The translations under genes were made by a program, and so were the position numbers. Under the pieces are notes generated by a model, which made no database searches, had not been told where the DNA came from, and was given only the letters and a program-made list of their open reading frames with translations. This document shows positions 9,567 to 21,200 of a DNA stretch of 64,000 nucleotides, in pieces (the stretch's first letter is position 1; every line of letters begins with the position of its first letter). The stretch spans positions 62,001 through 126,000 of IMG/VR virus record IMGVR_UViG_3300042558_003926; one strand, written 5' to 3'.

Positions 9567-9935
9567 AGAGAGATTTATAATAGAGACCCCGAGGATCCGG
9601 AGTACAATCCTTATCAGTTAGAAACAACAGATCCTGTTGAAATCTGCATAGGTCAGATTAAAATGCTCTTGCTCACAAATAAGGGTGAAGTTCTAGGTGA
9701 TCCAAAATTTGGATTGAATATGGAGGATCTTGTTTTTAATCTAAATCTTTCTGAATCGAGTATTAAAAAAGAGATTGATTTATACCTTAATGTATATGTT
9801 CCTCTATTCAGAACTCTAGGCGGATCATATGAACTTAAATTTTTCGTTGGTAAGCTAAGAGATATTGCTACCCTTGATTTTAAATTACCTCAAAATGGGG
9901 GACTTAGTCCCGCAGTTACACTAAGATTAACATAA
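9564..9935 (+). CDS. Baseplate wedge gp25-like (GPW/gp25)
   Basis: QIKMLLLTNKGEVLGDPKFGLNMEDLVF matches the gp25 motif LLT..GE....P.FG. Confidence 0.85.
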   Translation: MREIYNRDPEDPEYNPYQLETTDPVEICIGQIKMLLLTNKGEVLGDPKFGLNMEDLVFNLNLSESSIKKEIDLYLNVYVPLFRTLGGSYELKFFVGKLRDIATLDFKLPQNGGLSPAVTLRLT

Positions 9936-9942
9936 GATAGAT

Positions 9943-11670
9943 ATGAACATTTTTAGAAAAAATAATATACTCATAAATGGACTCTTGGGAGATACGTTCA
10001 ACTTCCTACAGTCTACTTATAACCAGACCGCTAATGTTTTTACTGTTGCTTCAGCTTGGGGACAGATACTTTTTGTTTTACAGAACATTTCACAGTTGAT
10101 ACTTTATTTTATAGAAGATTCCATAACGGAACTAAATATACAGGAAGCTACAAGGGATTACTCGGTTAGAAGTTTAGCTAGAATTGCTGGGTATGATCCA
10201 GGAAGAGCCAGAGCAGCTCAAGGAGAAGTTTCCCTTAAGTGGAATGCAAGAGAAAGTGGAGTCGGCGGTGGAGCAGTTATTATAACAAGCAACTCGCAGA
10301 TTCGATGCGAACAGAACGGAAAGGTTTATTCTCTTAGATTCGCTAGTCCTGAGGTAACTATTCCTCTAGTTAGAGGAAATTCACTAAGGACTAAGATAGC
10401 CCAGGGTACTTTTAGTAATGCAATAGTTACTGGAACTGGATTAGCTCTGCAAAGTTTTAACTTGCCTTCTGTTTCCGGAGCTTATGTAGATCAATTTTAT
10501 GTTGATGTGTATGTTAATGAAGAGAAATGGAGAATGTATGATTCTCTATATGATATACCTCTAAATGGAAAGGGGTATTTGGTAAGAGGGGGGATCTCGG
10601 AAGGACTGGATGTTTATTTCGGGAACTCTAATTTCGGATTAATTCCTAGGAGGGGATCAAGAATAAGAATAGAATATCTCCAAGGCAGTGGTCTTTCAGG
10701 TAACGCATCATCTGCTCCTAACCGTCCTTTGACATATAAATTTGTTACCTCAGGAACGGACCTTTTTGGAAGTGAGGTAGATCTGAATCTTTATATAGAT
10801 ATAACTAATGAGATAGATCCTTCATTTGGATCTAATCCGGAAACAACTAATCTAATCAGGCTGGTGGCACCTAAGACGAGTAGATCTTTCGTTTTTGCTA
10901 ATGCTGACAATTATGAGATCTTCTTAAATAAACTAGGAATATTTTCTCAAATACAAGCTTTCTCTACATTTGATGATGAATATCTAGATGATGATAATGT
11001 TGTTTATCTTTATCTAGTTCCTGATATTACTTTAAACATATCAAGCAACGAGGATTACTTTAATGTTGCCACCTCAGAATTCCTACTAACTCAGGACCAA
11101 AAGATCGCCATATTGAATCTAATTGAGGATTCCGGATCTATGATAGCAACAACTGTTGTTAAGATAGTTGAGCCTGTAATAACCAAATTCGTAGCTAATG
11201 CGATAATAACAATTTTTGAAGGATCCGATCCAGCGACGATAAAACTTAATATCAGAAAGAAAATATCGGAGTATATGCTTAATCTAAAAAGAAGGGATCG
11301 CATACCAAAATCTGATATGATAGCTCTTATTGAATCTGTAGATGGTGTAGATTCCGTTTCTTTCTATTTTGTTGGCCAAGCAAACGAACAAAACCAAACC
11401 CTAATCCAGAATCTTCCTAATGTTTCACAAGATCAACTTGATGAAGTTATTGGGATGGATCAATTTGGTGATATAATCATAGGAAGGAATCAATTAGTTA
11501 TTCTAAGAGGTGGATGGAAGGACAGGAACGGTACCACATACACCGAAGGTATAGTTGAAGGGAGACCTGGTCCATTGAATATAACTATTTCTTCTATAGT
11601 ACCCAGAAGCTTTAGAATGGAACTTAATGCCAGCAACAAGGCGACAATAATAAAAGGAAATATAAACTAA
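9943..11670 (+). CDS. Baseplate wedge gp6-like (baseplate J family)
   Basis: ATRDYSVRSLARIAGYDP, VYFGNSNFGLIP..GSRIRIEY and GSNPET..IR..AP motifs; follows gp25. Confidence 0.85.
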   Translation: MNIFRKNNILINGLLGDTFNFLQSTYNQTANVFTVASAWGQILFVLQNISQLILYFIEDSITELNIQEATRDYSVRSLARIAGYDPGRARAAQGEVSLKWNARESGVGGGAVIITSNSQIRCEQNGKVYSLRFASPEVTIPLVRGNSLRTKIAQGTFSNAIVTGTGLALQSFNLPSVSGAYVDQFYVDVYVNEEKWRMYDSLYDIPLNGKGYLVRGGISEGLDVYFGNSNFGLIPRRGSRIRIEYLQGSGLSGNASSAPNRPLTYKFVTSGTDLFGSEVDLNLYIDITNEIDPSFGSNPETTNLIRLVAPKTSRSFVFANADNYEIFLNKLGIFSQIQAFSTFDDEYLDDDNVVYLYLVPDITLNISSNEDYFNVATSEFLLTQDQKIAILNLIEDSGSMIATTVVKIVEPVITKFVANAIITIFEGSDPATIKLNIRKKISEYMLNLKRRDRIPKSDMIALIESVDGVDSVSFYFVGQANEQNQTLIQNLPNVSQDQLDEVIGMDQFGDIIIGRNQLVILRGGWKDRNGTTYTEGIVEGRPGPLNITISSIVPRSFRMELNASNKATIIKGNIN

Positions 11671-11671
11671 G

Positions 11672-12202
11672 ATGCAAAGTTATTCACCTTTTTTCGGAGA
11701 AAAAGATAAGAGTGTAAATTATACAGTAAATGGGGTTAAACCAGTAACTACTAATACTACTTTTTATAACTCTAAAGATATTTACGATACACCAGAGCTA
11801 GCTTCCAGTAGATCTAATAGTATTGGATGCTCTGGCTATAGAACTGCGATAGTTAACGCTAACGGCCAATATAAATATTCACCTTGCTCAACAATGGAGG
11901 AATATAAAAAAATAATGAAAGAATTACCTAAAGTTACTGTAGAAAGAAGGTATTATGATTTTGATCCCGGTCAAAACATATATGATATTAGAGATACGCT
12001 GAATGATAATCTATACAATGGATTTGATTATCAGAATCAACTTATGAAAAAGAGTTTATCTAATGTTATTTACAGGGATCCAGTTAAAGCGGGAATTCTA
12101 GTTTATTTTGAAAGAGTAGTTTACGCACTCATAGAAACAACCAAACAAATTAGAAATTTTGCTAATTACACGGTAAATAAAAACAATAAAAGAGTTTTCT
12201 AA
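11672..12202 (+). CDS. Hypothetical baseplate-region protein
   Basis: 176 aa, tightly packed between gp6 and the next gene; contains an IGCSG...YSPC motif. Confidence 0.6.
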   Translation: MQSYSPFFGEKDKSVNYTVNGVKPVTTNTTFYNSKDIYDTPELASSRSNSIGCSGYRTAIVNANGQYKYSPCSTMEEYKKIMKELPKVTVERRYYDFDPGQNIYDIRDTLNDNLYNGFDYQNQLMKKSLSNVIYRDPVKAGILVYFERVVYALIETTKQIRNFANYTVNKNNKRVF

Positions 12203-12205
12203 GTA

Positions 12206-15200
12206 ATGGCAGATTCTAGATTAAAATTTTTTAACAAGCAGGGAAATCCTTTAAATTTAGATTATATCGGACCAACCGGACCAACCCCGCTTGATGCTAA
12301 ATTTACATACATAACGAATTCATCAGGAGCACCAAATCCTGGTGATTTGGATATAACTGATTATACAACATACTACGAATTCCTCTTTAATGAGAATGAC
12401 CTTAATACATTCAATCTGGTTTCTTGGTACAATGAGATCGTAGACTACCTATCAAAGGGAGCGGAGGTATTTTTAAATGGAGATGTGATAGGAGCTAAAA
12501 GCTTTAGAGCTAAAATTTCTTCGATTAGCATCTCAGGTGGACAAATATCAGTTAATCTTCTAAAAGATTATTATCAGGGTCAAAGTATAATAAGTGTCGG
12601 TAATCAGATTTATTTCACGACGACATATAAAAATAGACCAGGAGGATATTTCAAGGGTAATATTTATTTCGATCCGGTTTCAACATCCCTATACGAGAAT
12701 GAGCAGATATTTATAGTCCAGGAGCTTTATAACGTCACAGCATCCCAGATGCAATATGGTCTTCCCCATGCTGGATTTACCGGTGCAACATCTGGTGCAA
12801 CGTGGAGAAGTCGATGGTATAATGATAACTACGGGGAAACCGATGTTACTGATATCATATTTACTTATTCTATTGAGGATCAATTAGAAGGCGGAGACGG
12901 AGAACCCCTTATTGTTAATTATCCCAATATGACCTTCTCTGTGGATTTATCCGCATCGGATTATTATGCTAATGGATATCTAAATACAACTAGTGTTAAT
13001 TCCTCAGCACTTGGAATAAACGTAGCTCTAAATGGGTCGGATGAAGCTGAAAGTGTTTATGAGAGAAAACTAATTATAGACGACATCTCTTCAGGAACAC
13101 CAGAGAAAGTTTTAGAGATAGATTTTTATGGTCAAATAATAGGAGAGGATGAGAGATTTAAAGTGATGCTCCAAAATTTCGGAAGAGCCTTCTACAAAAG
13201 CGATTCTGTTATTTTGAGAGATCACGATCCGGATGAACCTTTACCAAACTATCTGGAGATAAACGAAAAAAGAAAAGAGCTTCTTATTGCTGGAGATGAG
13301 ATATTCCCATATATGGGGAGTTATAAAGGACTTATAAATGCAATCAAATTCTTCGGGTACCAGGATTTAAGAATCAAGGAATATTGGTTAAATCTAAATT
13401 ACAATTCGATAAGTAGCGAATCTCCGATACAGCAGAACAAGCAATTTCTTGATGTAATAAGGGCTCAACAGAAAGGTGGCTATTCCATGTCTTACCAGGT
13501 TGGAGACATCTTAGATAACGAAAACTCTGGAAAATATAGGCTCGTACAGACTTATGGTCCTAATGCTAATGGTGAATATGTACTTGACGTTTCTTCTGAA
13601 GAAACACTAGTTCCGAGCAGAACCTACAAGAAAACATCATTATTTGGTCTTTATTATGATTTAAATAAGGTTACTCAAGAATTCGATGAATATGGATACC
13701 CTGTAGTTGTAGATGCTTTTAAATTTACACAGGAGGAGGTTCTCCTTAAAATATTCGCTCTCAAGGAAAGATTAAAAAGAGATTATCTTCCTTTAAATGC
13801 AAGAATAGTTGATATTACTGGAGAGGGAGTATATTTTACCGTCTATAATACTAGATCCTGGACTGATATCATGGAAAGATCCGATATTGAATCTGGATTT
13901 GCCTTTGATTTTTATCCGAATCCCGACTTTGGATTTTTGGAGGATCTTAGAAACTTTTCTCTTCGACCGCAGGTAGATGATTTACAATCACCAAGTTCAT
14001 ATAACAACTATTATACAGCGGATGTTAATTTCATAGGAGGAACCGGAAGTGCTATATCATTTACCGGAGATTTTCCGTATGGATTTACTGGACCTAATCC
14101 GACTATTACAATTAATGCAGGCAAGACCTACCAGTTCGATGTTATTGATAGTGGGGACTATGGATATGATTTTGTAATTACGACTAATCCTTCTTACACA
14201 CAAGTAGATCCATTAGGTATACAGAATAATGGCGCTACCGGCGGGGAATCTATTATTTGGTATGTTGATCCGGAACAGACCGGAACTATGTACTATTATT
14301 CTTCGGCTAATGGACCTTTGATGAGTGGAGAAATAAATATTCTACCCTCTACGATATCCGATTTGGGTAATATTGTGGATCCGCTAGATTCTCAACAAGT
14401 TCATACACCAGCTCAGAATGCATCGTTGGTAACCGCTATAGGAAATTTCTATGACTTAAAACAGAACGGTAAAATATTAGAACTGGGGGATGGTAAGTAT
14501 GATCCTCCAGCTTATATAGATCCGGACACCGGGGAGTTATATCAAACTCCTATAGGTATGCCTGTTATATTGGAGCTTATCCCCGATGTGTGGACATGGG
14601 ACGAGATGAACATCAGTTGGTCATCGGTTATTATTCCGGCTTTTAAGGTGGGAGATTCGGTTCAGGTTAAAGCAGCAGGAACTTATTTCGGAGTATTCGG
14701 TACGGTTACTCTAGTAAATTATTCGACGGGTCAATATAGCGTTTTCCTCGATCCACCATACAGCACTACTGTCATTTTTGATGAAGCGGATCTTTATTCA
14801 ACAAATCAACAATATTTACTCCTTACATGGGGTAATGTCGATTTCTCTAATATGATGGAGATAGAGTGGATATTAAACAAGAGCGCAACACAGAGTGGAA
14901 CCCCTTATTATTTTGAATTTAGAGGACCTATAGCGGACTTTTATAAGCTCGCTCACTTCATACCCCACACCGGAGAATATCGTGTAACGTGCAACGTTTA
15001 TGACGCATTCAATTTTAAGAATACCGTAATAAAGGATGCCATTATAAAGGTACAACCTAAGGTTATAGACATAGATACTTGGACTAGATACAGAGAGGTT
15101 GAGTTTTATGAATGGGAGAACGTAGACAGAAGCTGGAACGATTATTCTTCAATCTGGGAATATCCAGCAGAGGGTGAAAGTATTGAGGTATTAGAGAAAA

Positions 15201-16411
15201 AAATACCATCTGAGATTCTAAAATTTGCTGCATATGGAAACAAATCGGAGGAAGGACAGAGTGTTCTAGTAAAAACCGAGCTAGATCCTGTTGGCGCAAC
15301 TGGTGGAATTACATTTACCCAGAGCATCATAAACATTTCGGAGATTTATTCGTTACAAATTTTTGCTGGTCAATATGGATCAGCAACCATAGCGACATCA
15401 TCACCTCATGGTCTATCTGACGGAGATGAAGTAACGATAATTGGAAGTATTCCACAAATCAACGGTAGATGGGTTGCTGGGGTTACTGGATCCGCTAGTA
15501 CTTTTAAAATCCAGACGGTTCTCGAAAATTCGTGGAGTGGGGTTGTTTCTTTAACCTCACCTACTAGATATTCGGTAGACGGCACAATTTATACCGCTCA
15601 GAAAATGACTGGTGCGGGTTCGATTTCCATAGAAGTAGGTGGAAGAGAAATTGGATATAGTGAGTGTGGAGATTCATTATATCATAGCGCTAATTATATA
15701 ACTTCAGCAGTAAATAAGCTAGTAACATACCCTGACTATTATGCTTCTTGTACCGACCCCACCGCAGATCCTGTAACTATAACCATATATGCTCCTGATT
15801 CTCTAGGAGCGGACCAGAATGGGGTTTCTTTAAATCCTATACTCACCGGATCTCTCTCTTTGGTGTCATCCAGTACCGGATTAACCGGAGGAGTTAGTCC
15901 GGTGGAGACGTACGTTGAATGGTCTGAGAATAGCTCGACATACCCGAACGATAACCTGAAATACTGGGGAACTAAAAATCTGGACTGGCAGATATTTAAT
16001 GATGCTACATGGGAGGATGGATACGCACACAGCTGGTATGATTTTGAGTTCAATAATGATTGGTTAGGTGGATATGAAATACATTCGATCTTACCGGGTG
16101 ATTATTTAAAGGTAACGACGGGCAATACAACCTTCCCCTTCCCTACTGGTATAACTTTTTCATCCGGTGCCACTACATTGCAGGATGTTGCCGATGAACT
16201 AAATAATTCTGGAGAATCTCACATAAATAACTTCTGGTACAGACCAATACCATCGGATGCTGGATCTCTAAGTACACTAAATCCTCCGATTAATGTTTCA
16301 GTAGCAACCGTAGGAGTTTCTGGGAGTACTGCATCAGTTCCTCCTTCAGCTATAGGCGGAAGTTCGTTATTGATTCCTGGATTCGGATACACCGGACCAA
16401 CAGGACCATAA
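12206..16411 (+). CDS. Large baseplate wedge protein (gp7 / P2 gpI-like segment plus accessory domains)
   Basis: 1401 aa; YMGSYKGLINAIKFFGY..LRIKEYW resembles the gp7/gpI motif; PKD-like GEYRVTCNVYD segment; position after gp6. Confidence 0.6.
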   Translation: MADSRLKFFNKQGNPLNLDYIGPTGPTPLDAKFTYITNSSGAPNPGDLDITDYTTYYEFLFNENDLNTFNLVSWYNEIVDYLSKGAEVFLNGDVIGAKSFRAKISSISISGGQISVNLLKDYYQGQSIISVGNQIYFTTTYKNRPGGYFKGNIYFDPVSTSLYENEQIFIVQELYNVTASQMQYGLPHAGFTGATSGATWRSRWYNDNYGETDVTDIIFTYSIEDQLEGGDGEPLIVNYPNMTFSVDLSASDYYANGYLNTTSVNSSALGINVALNGSDEAESVYERKLIIDDISSGTPEKVLEIDFYGQIIGEDERFKVMLQNFGRAFYKSDSVILRDHDPDEPLPNYLEINEKRKELLIAGDEIFPYMGSYKGLINAIKFFGYQDLRIKEYWLNLNYNSISSESPIQQNKQFLDVIRAQQKGGYSMSYQVGDILDNENSGKYRLVQTYGPNANGEYVLDVSSEETLVPSRTYKKTSLFGLYYDLNKVTQEFDEYGYPVVVDAFKFTQEEVLLKIFALKERLKRDYLPLNARIVDITGEGVYFTVYNTRSWTDIMERSDIESGFAFDFYPNPDFGFLEDLRNFSLRPQVDDLQSPSSYNNYYTADVNFIGGTGSAISFTGDFPYGFTGPNPTITINAGKTYQFDVIDSGDYGYDFVITTNPSYTQVDPLGIQNNGATGGESIIWYVDPEQTGTMYYYSSANGPLMSGEINILPSTISDLGNIVDPLDSQQVHTPAQNASLVTAIGNFYDLKQNGKILELGDGKYDPPAYIDPDTGELYQTPIGMPVILELIPDVWTWDEMNISWSSVIIPAFKVGDSVQVKAAGTYFGVFGTVTLVNYSTGQYSVFLDPPYSTTVIFDEADLYSTNQQYLLLTWGNVDFSNMMEIEWILNKSATQSGTPYYFEFRGPIADFYKLAHFIPHTGEYRVTCNVYDAFNFKNTVIKDAIIKVQPKVIDIDTWTRYREVEFYEWENVDRSWNDYSSIWEYPAEGESIEVLEKKIPSEILKFAAYGNKSEEGQSVLVKTELDPVGATGGITFTQSIINISEIYSLQIFAGQYGSATIATSSPHGLSDGDEVTIIGSIPQINGRWVAGVTGSASTFKIQTVLENSWSGVVSLTSPTRYSVDGTIYTAQKMTGAGSISIEVGGREIGYSECGDSLYHSANYITSAVNKLVTYPDYYASCTDPTADPVTITIYAPDSLGADQNGVSLNPILTGSLSLVSSSTGLTGGVSPVETYVEWSENSSTYPNDNLKYWGTKNLDWQIFNDATWEDGYAHSWYDFEFNNDWLGGYEIHSILPGDYLKVTTGNTTFPFPTGITFSSGATTLQDVADELNNSGESHINNFWYRPIPSDAGSLSTLNPPINVSVATVGVSGSTASVPPSAIGGSSLLIPGFGYTGPTGP

Positions 16412-16437
16412 TTTATTTTCTTAAGCTTTTAAAGCTC

Positions 16438-16445
16438 GATATATA
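16438..16445 (+). promoter_or_regulatory. Late promoter motif GATATATA
   Basis: Intergenic, 15 nt before the ATG at 16461; recurrent motif. Confidence 0.65.
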
Positions 16446-16460
16446 AGAAGATTAAATTTT

Positions 16461-18206
16461 ATGGCAGACGAAGTATTACCAATAAAACAGGGAGACACAA
16501 TTTATTTTTACGATACCACTGTCGGTGACGTGGCTTCATATTCATGGCAATTCACAGGGGGAACACCATCTACTTCTACAAGTCCAAATGAATATGTAAC
16601 ATTTAACGGAACTAACGAAGGTGGTTATTCAGTATCATTCAACGTTACCTCTTCTTCTGGTATTACTGTAGGAATTACGAAAGATAATATTATATCTGTT
16701 AGTCCAGAAACCATATCTTCCGCATTTACACTTGGGTCCAGTAGTAGATTAATGAGTCAACAGCAAACATACACATCCGGAGCAACAGCTAGTAGCGGCA
16801 TAGCAAATTATGCATGGACAATTCCTGGACTAGGATCAACTTCAGGGTCAAATAAGACATCGGTTTCATATACGGCGAATGATTGGTATAGCATATCTGG
16901 TACTTATTTAGGCGCGGTTAACAGTTCATATTTAGCAACATCAACTTTAAGCATTAGTAGTAATGTACCAAATACATCATCAACTAATCAGAATGTAACA
17001 TATTATAAAATGGGACCAGCTGAGATATACGATCTTGATGACGTCGGATTAACCGGTCCTTACTATACACCGACCATTTCTACTAGAAACTCGGGAGATT
17101 TGGGAATAGGCGGATCCTCTATAGTGGTAAAAATAGACCAATCCTCTAGTTGGAGCGGAATGAAATTTGATAATCAATACACGCATTCAAGTGATGAGGT
17201 TCTGTACTTCTACCCTAACACGGTGGATGTGTCTGGAGGAAGTTCGGCTACACCAATCAGAACACGGATTATACTTAACAAATCCCAATTAGATATCGAG
17301 GGAGCATCCTACACGGAAACCCCTACAGAATTTACATCAGGAAGCTACATTTTGCCTTCCGGTATATTAAATATATTTGATTATACTTTCTATATAACCG
17401 ACTACACTACCACCTCACCGAATGTTCTAACAAATTTAATAAACGTGAGAGGGTGGGATCAAGATTCTGTCGCTGAGCTACTGAAAAACACCTATTATAA
17501 ATCGGCTTCATCAAAATATATTGAGACCGTGAAGTCTTCATCAATATACGGACAGGAATTGCTCAAAAATGCAGAATACGGGTATGATTGGACTGGAGGA
17601 TATGATGCCTCATCTCCAACTTCACTAACTGGAGTTATAGTTCCATCGTCTAAATTCTTTGATGATTATTTGGGTAAAAGTGGTGAAGTATCAGTATCAC
17701 TATGCATTGACGTATATGATGAATCGGAATCACTATTAGATTCTCTTAAATCTGATATTTCAGTAGCTGGTGCTACCGGAAACTCTCCAGATGGATACTT
17801 AGTTACCTCTCAAGATAGTGTATATGGATCTCTTAGAGGAATAGCATGGCATCTTCAGTCAGCAATAAATCTTAGCAGTTTTTCAGATAATATCATAATA
17901 GAGAGTAGTACTAAATTTATCCCTGATTTTTCGAATAGCAATCTTAATTTTTATGGAATAAGGGTTTCTATAGTTGATCCTTATAGCTCAACTTATGATG
18001 CTAATATTGGATGGATAGAAATATATTGGGATCCTACATATGTCGACCAATTACTAGGTATAGGAGGGGATCGTTTAGTAGATGTTCCATTCAGTAATTC
18101 CACTCCTAATACCGACAGCTTTAGTGGTCTTCCCGAAAAAATAGGAAAATTTACAAGCCCACAAAGTACAAAAAGAGGGTGGAGTATAGGAGGAGCTGTT
18201 GCTTAA
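16461..18206 (+). CDS. PKD-domain virion structural protein
   Basis: GDTIYFYDTT.G..ASYSWQFTGGTPSTSTSPN..VTF...GGYSVSFNVT is a PKD repeat; Ser/Thr-rich. Confidence 0.7.
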   Translation: MADEVLPIKQGDTIYFYDTTVGDVASYSWQFTGGTPSTSTSPNEYVTFNGTNEGGYSVSFNVTSSSGITVGITKDNIISVSPETISSAFTLGSSSRLMSQQQTYTSGATASSGIANYAWTIPGLGSTSGSNKTSVSYTANDWYSISGTYLGAVNSSYLATSTLSISSNVPNTSSTNQNVTYYKMGPAEIYDLDDVGLTGPYYTPTISTRNSGDLGIGGSSIVVKIDQSSSWSGMKFDNQYTHSSDEVLYFYPNTVDVSGGSSATPIRTRIILNKSQLDIEGASYTETPTEFTSGSYILPSGILNIFDYTFYITDYTTTSPNVLTNLINVRGWDQDSVAELLKNTYYKSASSKYIETVKSSSIYGQELLKNAEYGYDWTGGYDASSPTSLTGVIVPSSKFFDDYLGKSGEVSVSLCIDVYDESESLLDSLKSDISVAGATGNSPDGYLVTSQDSVYGSLRGIAWHLQSAINLSSFSDNIIIESSTKFIPDFSNSNLNFYGIRVSIVDPYSSTYDANIGWIEIYWDPTYVDQLLGIGGDRLVDVPFSNSTPNTDSFSGLPEKIGKFTSPQSTKRGWSIGGAVA

Positions 18207-18218
18207 AATTAATAAAAT

Positions 18219-21200
18219 ATGCCAAGTTATAATATAGCCATAAATCAGATAGACACAGACAACGAATTCTTCGTTTGGGGATGTGGACAGGATCTAAGAA
18301 GATTCAACGGTTCATCTTGGGAGTATTATAATTATACAAACTCAGCAGTCCCAAGCTCGTCTCCCTATTATTTAGATACTAGATCGATTTCTATAGATCC
18401 GGAAGAAAAGGTTTGGTGTGGGGTTGCTCAAGGACCAACTGCCGGACTAAATGAAGTTGCAGTTTTTTATGTGAATTCAAATGATGTCTATGAAGGCCAA
18501 AGTTGGAATTTTTCTGATCTTGGAACTTTTAATGAACCTCAGGAGATTTCTCATATTTATGCTTCCCCATTTGGTGATGATATACTGGCTTTTTCTACTC
18601 CTTTGAATGGTGTAGGTGGAACAGGAGCATCCGGATACGTATCTAGTGAAATAACTGGGGTAACCGGGGGAAGGATGTTCTATCATTTAAAGGAAACAGA
18701 CGAATGGAAAGAAACTGCTCCCGATTACATATGGCCTCATGTTTATGACATAAAAGCTAAAGGATATGACGGTAAGGATTATTTTTATTATTTCGGAACA
18801 GCAGAGGGCCTTTTTATAATTCCACAGGGAACATTAGAATACGCTACTTTGATTGGTGGGGAAAAATATCTTGAACAGGTAACCGTCTATAACACTAAGA
18901 CTAGCGGTATTATCTCAGACTACATCTACAGCTTAGATTTAGACGAGGACGGTAATTTATGGATAGGAACCGATATAGGATTATCATTCTTTGATGGATA
19001 CCAATTCTGGAATTATCCAGTTTCCACCGGTCCGATAACAAAAGTTGTTTCTAGACCTAACGGTCATGTTTTTTATGCCTCGGGAGATGGAGAATTGTCG
19101 CAAGGAACTGGCATATGGCATTTTAATGGAACCACTCACACCCAATTCAACTCTTCGAATTCTAGCATACCCGATAATAATGTTCTTGATATTAAATTGG
19201 TTAATAGAAACATAACTCAAAGCGGACTAACCGTTTATGAGAATTCTCTTTGGGTTCTGAGTGTTAATGAAATATCTGCTTTTAATTATGACATTCCCCA
19301 CGTATATGGATCTTCTAAATATGAGGGTGCTACTGGATGGAATTTCACCTATTTTACAGGAACGGGAGGAACCGGTGCTCCTTTACCAAAAGTAGATAAG
19401 TACACTTGGCTATATCCAGATTGGAGGATATATCAGGATGATTATTTAGCTCTTAAATTTCCAGGATTGGATCCTAGAAATTTATTTTTAACTACCGAAT
19501 TAAAAGCAATAGCAGATGGAAGAGCCGGAAAGCAAGCATATTGGGATAATTGGCCAATAGCTTCTTATGAAGAATCCATTCTGGTAGAATCCATAACAGG
19601 TCCGGATTGGAATTCTGCTATACAAGTGGTTCAGCAATCTAGTGCGGGTGTTACTGGTTATGTAAACATCACCTCATCAACATCGATATCAACTAAAGAT
19701 GGAATTAAATACTACGTTGGTGGTTATATAACTGGTGATATTGTGGCTATTTTTGGGTATTATAATGATTCGGGATTAGCTACTCTTAGCCAAATAAATC
19801 CAACTATAGGAGGATCGACCGATCCCGGTATAGACGACTACAGTTCTTTAGACAACGGTAAAATGGGATTCATAGTTTCATATAACGAAAAAGGTAATGT
19901 CGATTCGATACTTCCTTTTAGAGGATATAAAACAGAAATTCAGGATCTTGCTCCATCACCAGATGGAGACTTTATAGTTGCTACTGGTATATTCGATAGA
20001 TTCATAGAAAGCGGTCCTTATGTTTGGGATTCCAAAGAGGGTGAGGTTGTTTTAAGGGGTGGACCCACTGGTGCTCCTTCGGGGGTTACCACGAGGAATG
20101 TTCAGGGCTTAACATCTGGTTCATATTCATGGATTTATCAGAGTTCAATTATAGTTACCGAAGATTGGGAGTATCTACCCGGAGACTTTGGACAGACTTC
20201 TACCAAATTTGATTTAGGATTTAATGGATCTTCTGAATGGGAAAACATATACCAGATATACGTAAATTACGATTCGCTGGGTTCGAATTTATCCGCTTTC
20301 ATGGATCAGGTAGTGACAGCTAATTCTATTTATTTAGATAATTATTCTTCAGACTTTGCTATTTATAGAATAAATTCTATTAGCACTTTACCAAATAATC
20401 CTACTGGGTTGCTTTTTAATGTCACATACTCTGATTTCCAAGCAGCTGGAGCCGTTTCTGGACCATTTTCTCAGATCAGCGGGGATACATTTTCTCTTCA
20501 ATTCTATGATTCGTCAATAAATTCATATCCTCTAGTAACGGATCTTTATTCCAGATCTACAGTTTGGAATGCTAATAATTACTTAGCTAATTCCATATTT
20601 GTTGCAAAAATAGGGTCTGACTTGGGTAACACCTTTACTTTTACTGATTTAGCAGCTACTGGGGATTATAATAGAAATATAAGGAGTTCTTATAGAGGAC
20701 TTTCGTTCAGAAATTTCCCAGGGAGATACTTTTTAAATTCTAATCTGGGGGATATAAAGGAATCTAAATTGGATGTTACGAAATACTCAGTTAATCTAGG
20801 TTTAAGATCTACTCCATATTTTACAATCGGGTCTTCTACTGCGGATCTTAGCACTCTAAGAAATGAATGGAACAGAACGAATGACTATACAACAGCTCCT
20901 AGCCTTATTTTAGGATCGACTACCGACATTTCGCAGAACTGGACGTATGATTCCATATTATCTTATGTTAGATTATCAGCGGATGATCTAGCGTTAATAT
21001 CAGCATCAACTTCCCAAAGCGTATATCCTGGAATCGGTCCGACCTCTGCAGATAGAGAGATTAAATCTGTCAGATCTATACAAGATAATAACTCGACACT
21101 AATAACCGGTGTTTCAAATAAGAACTTTAATTTTGGCGGAATCGGGATAACTGGAACAACCAATGTGTATACACCTTTTTATGAGATATTGTCCCCTGAT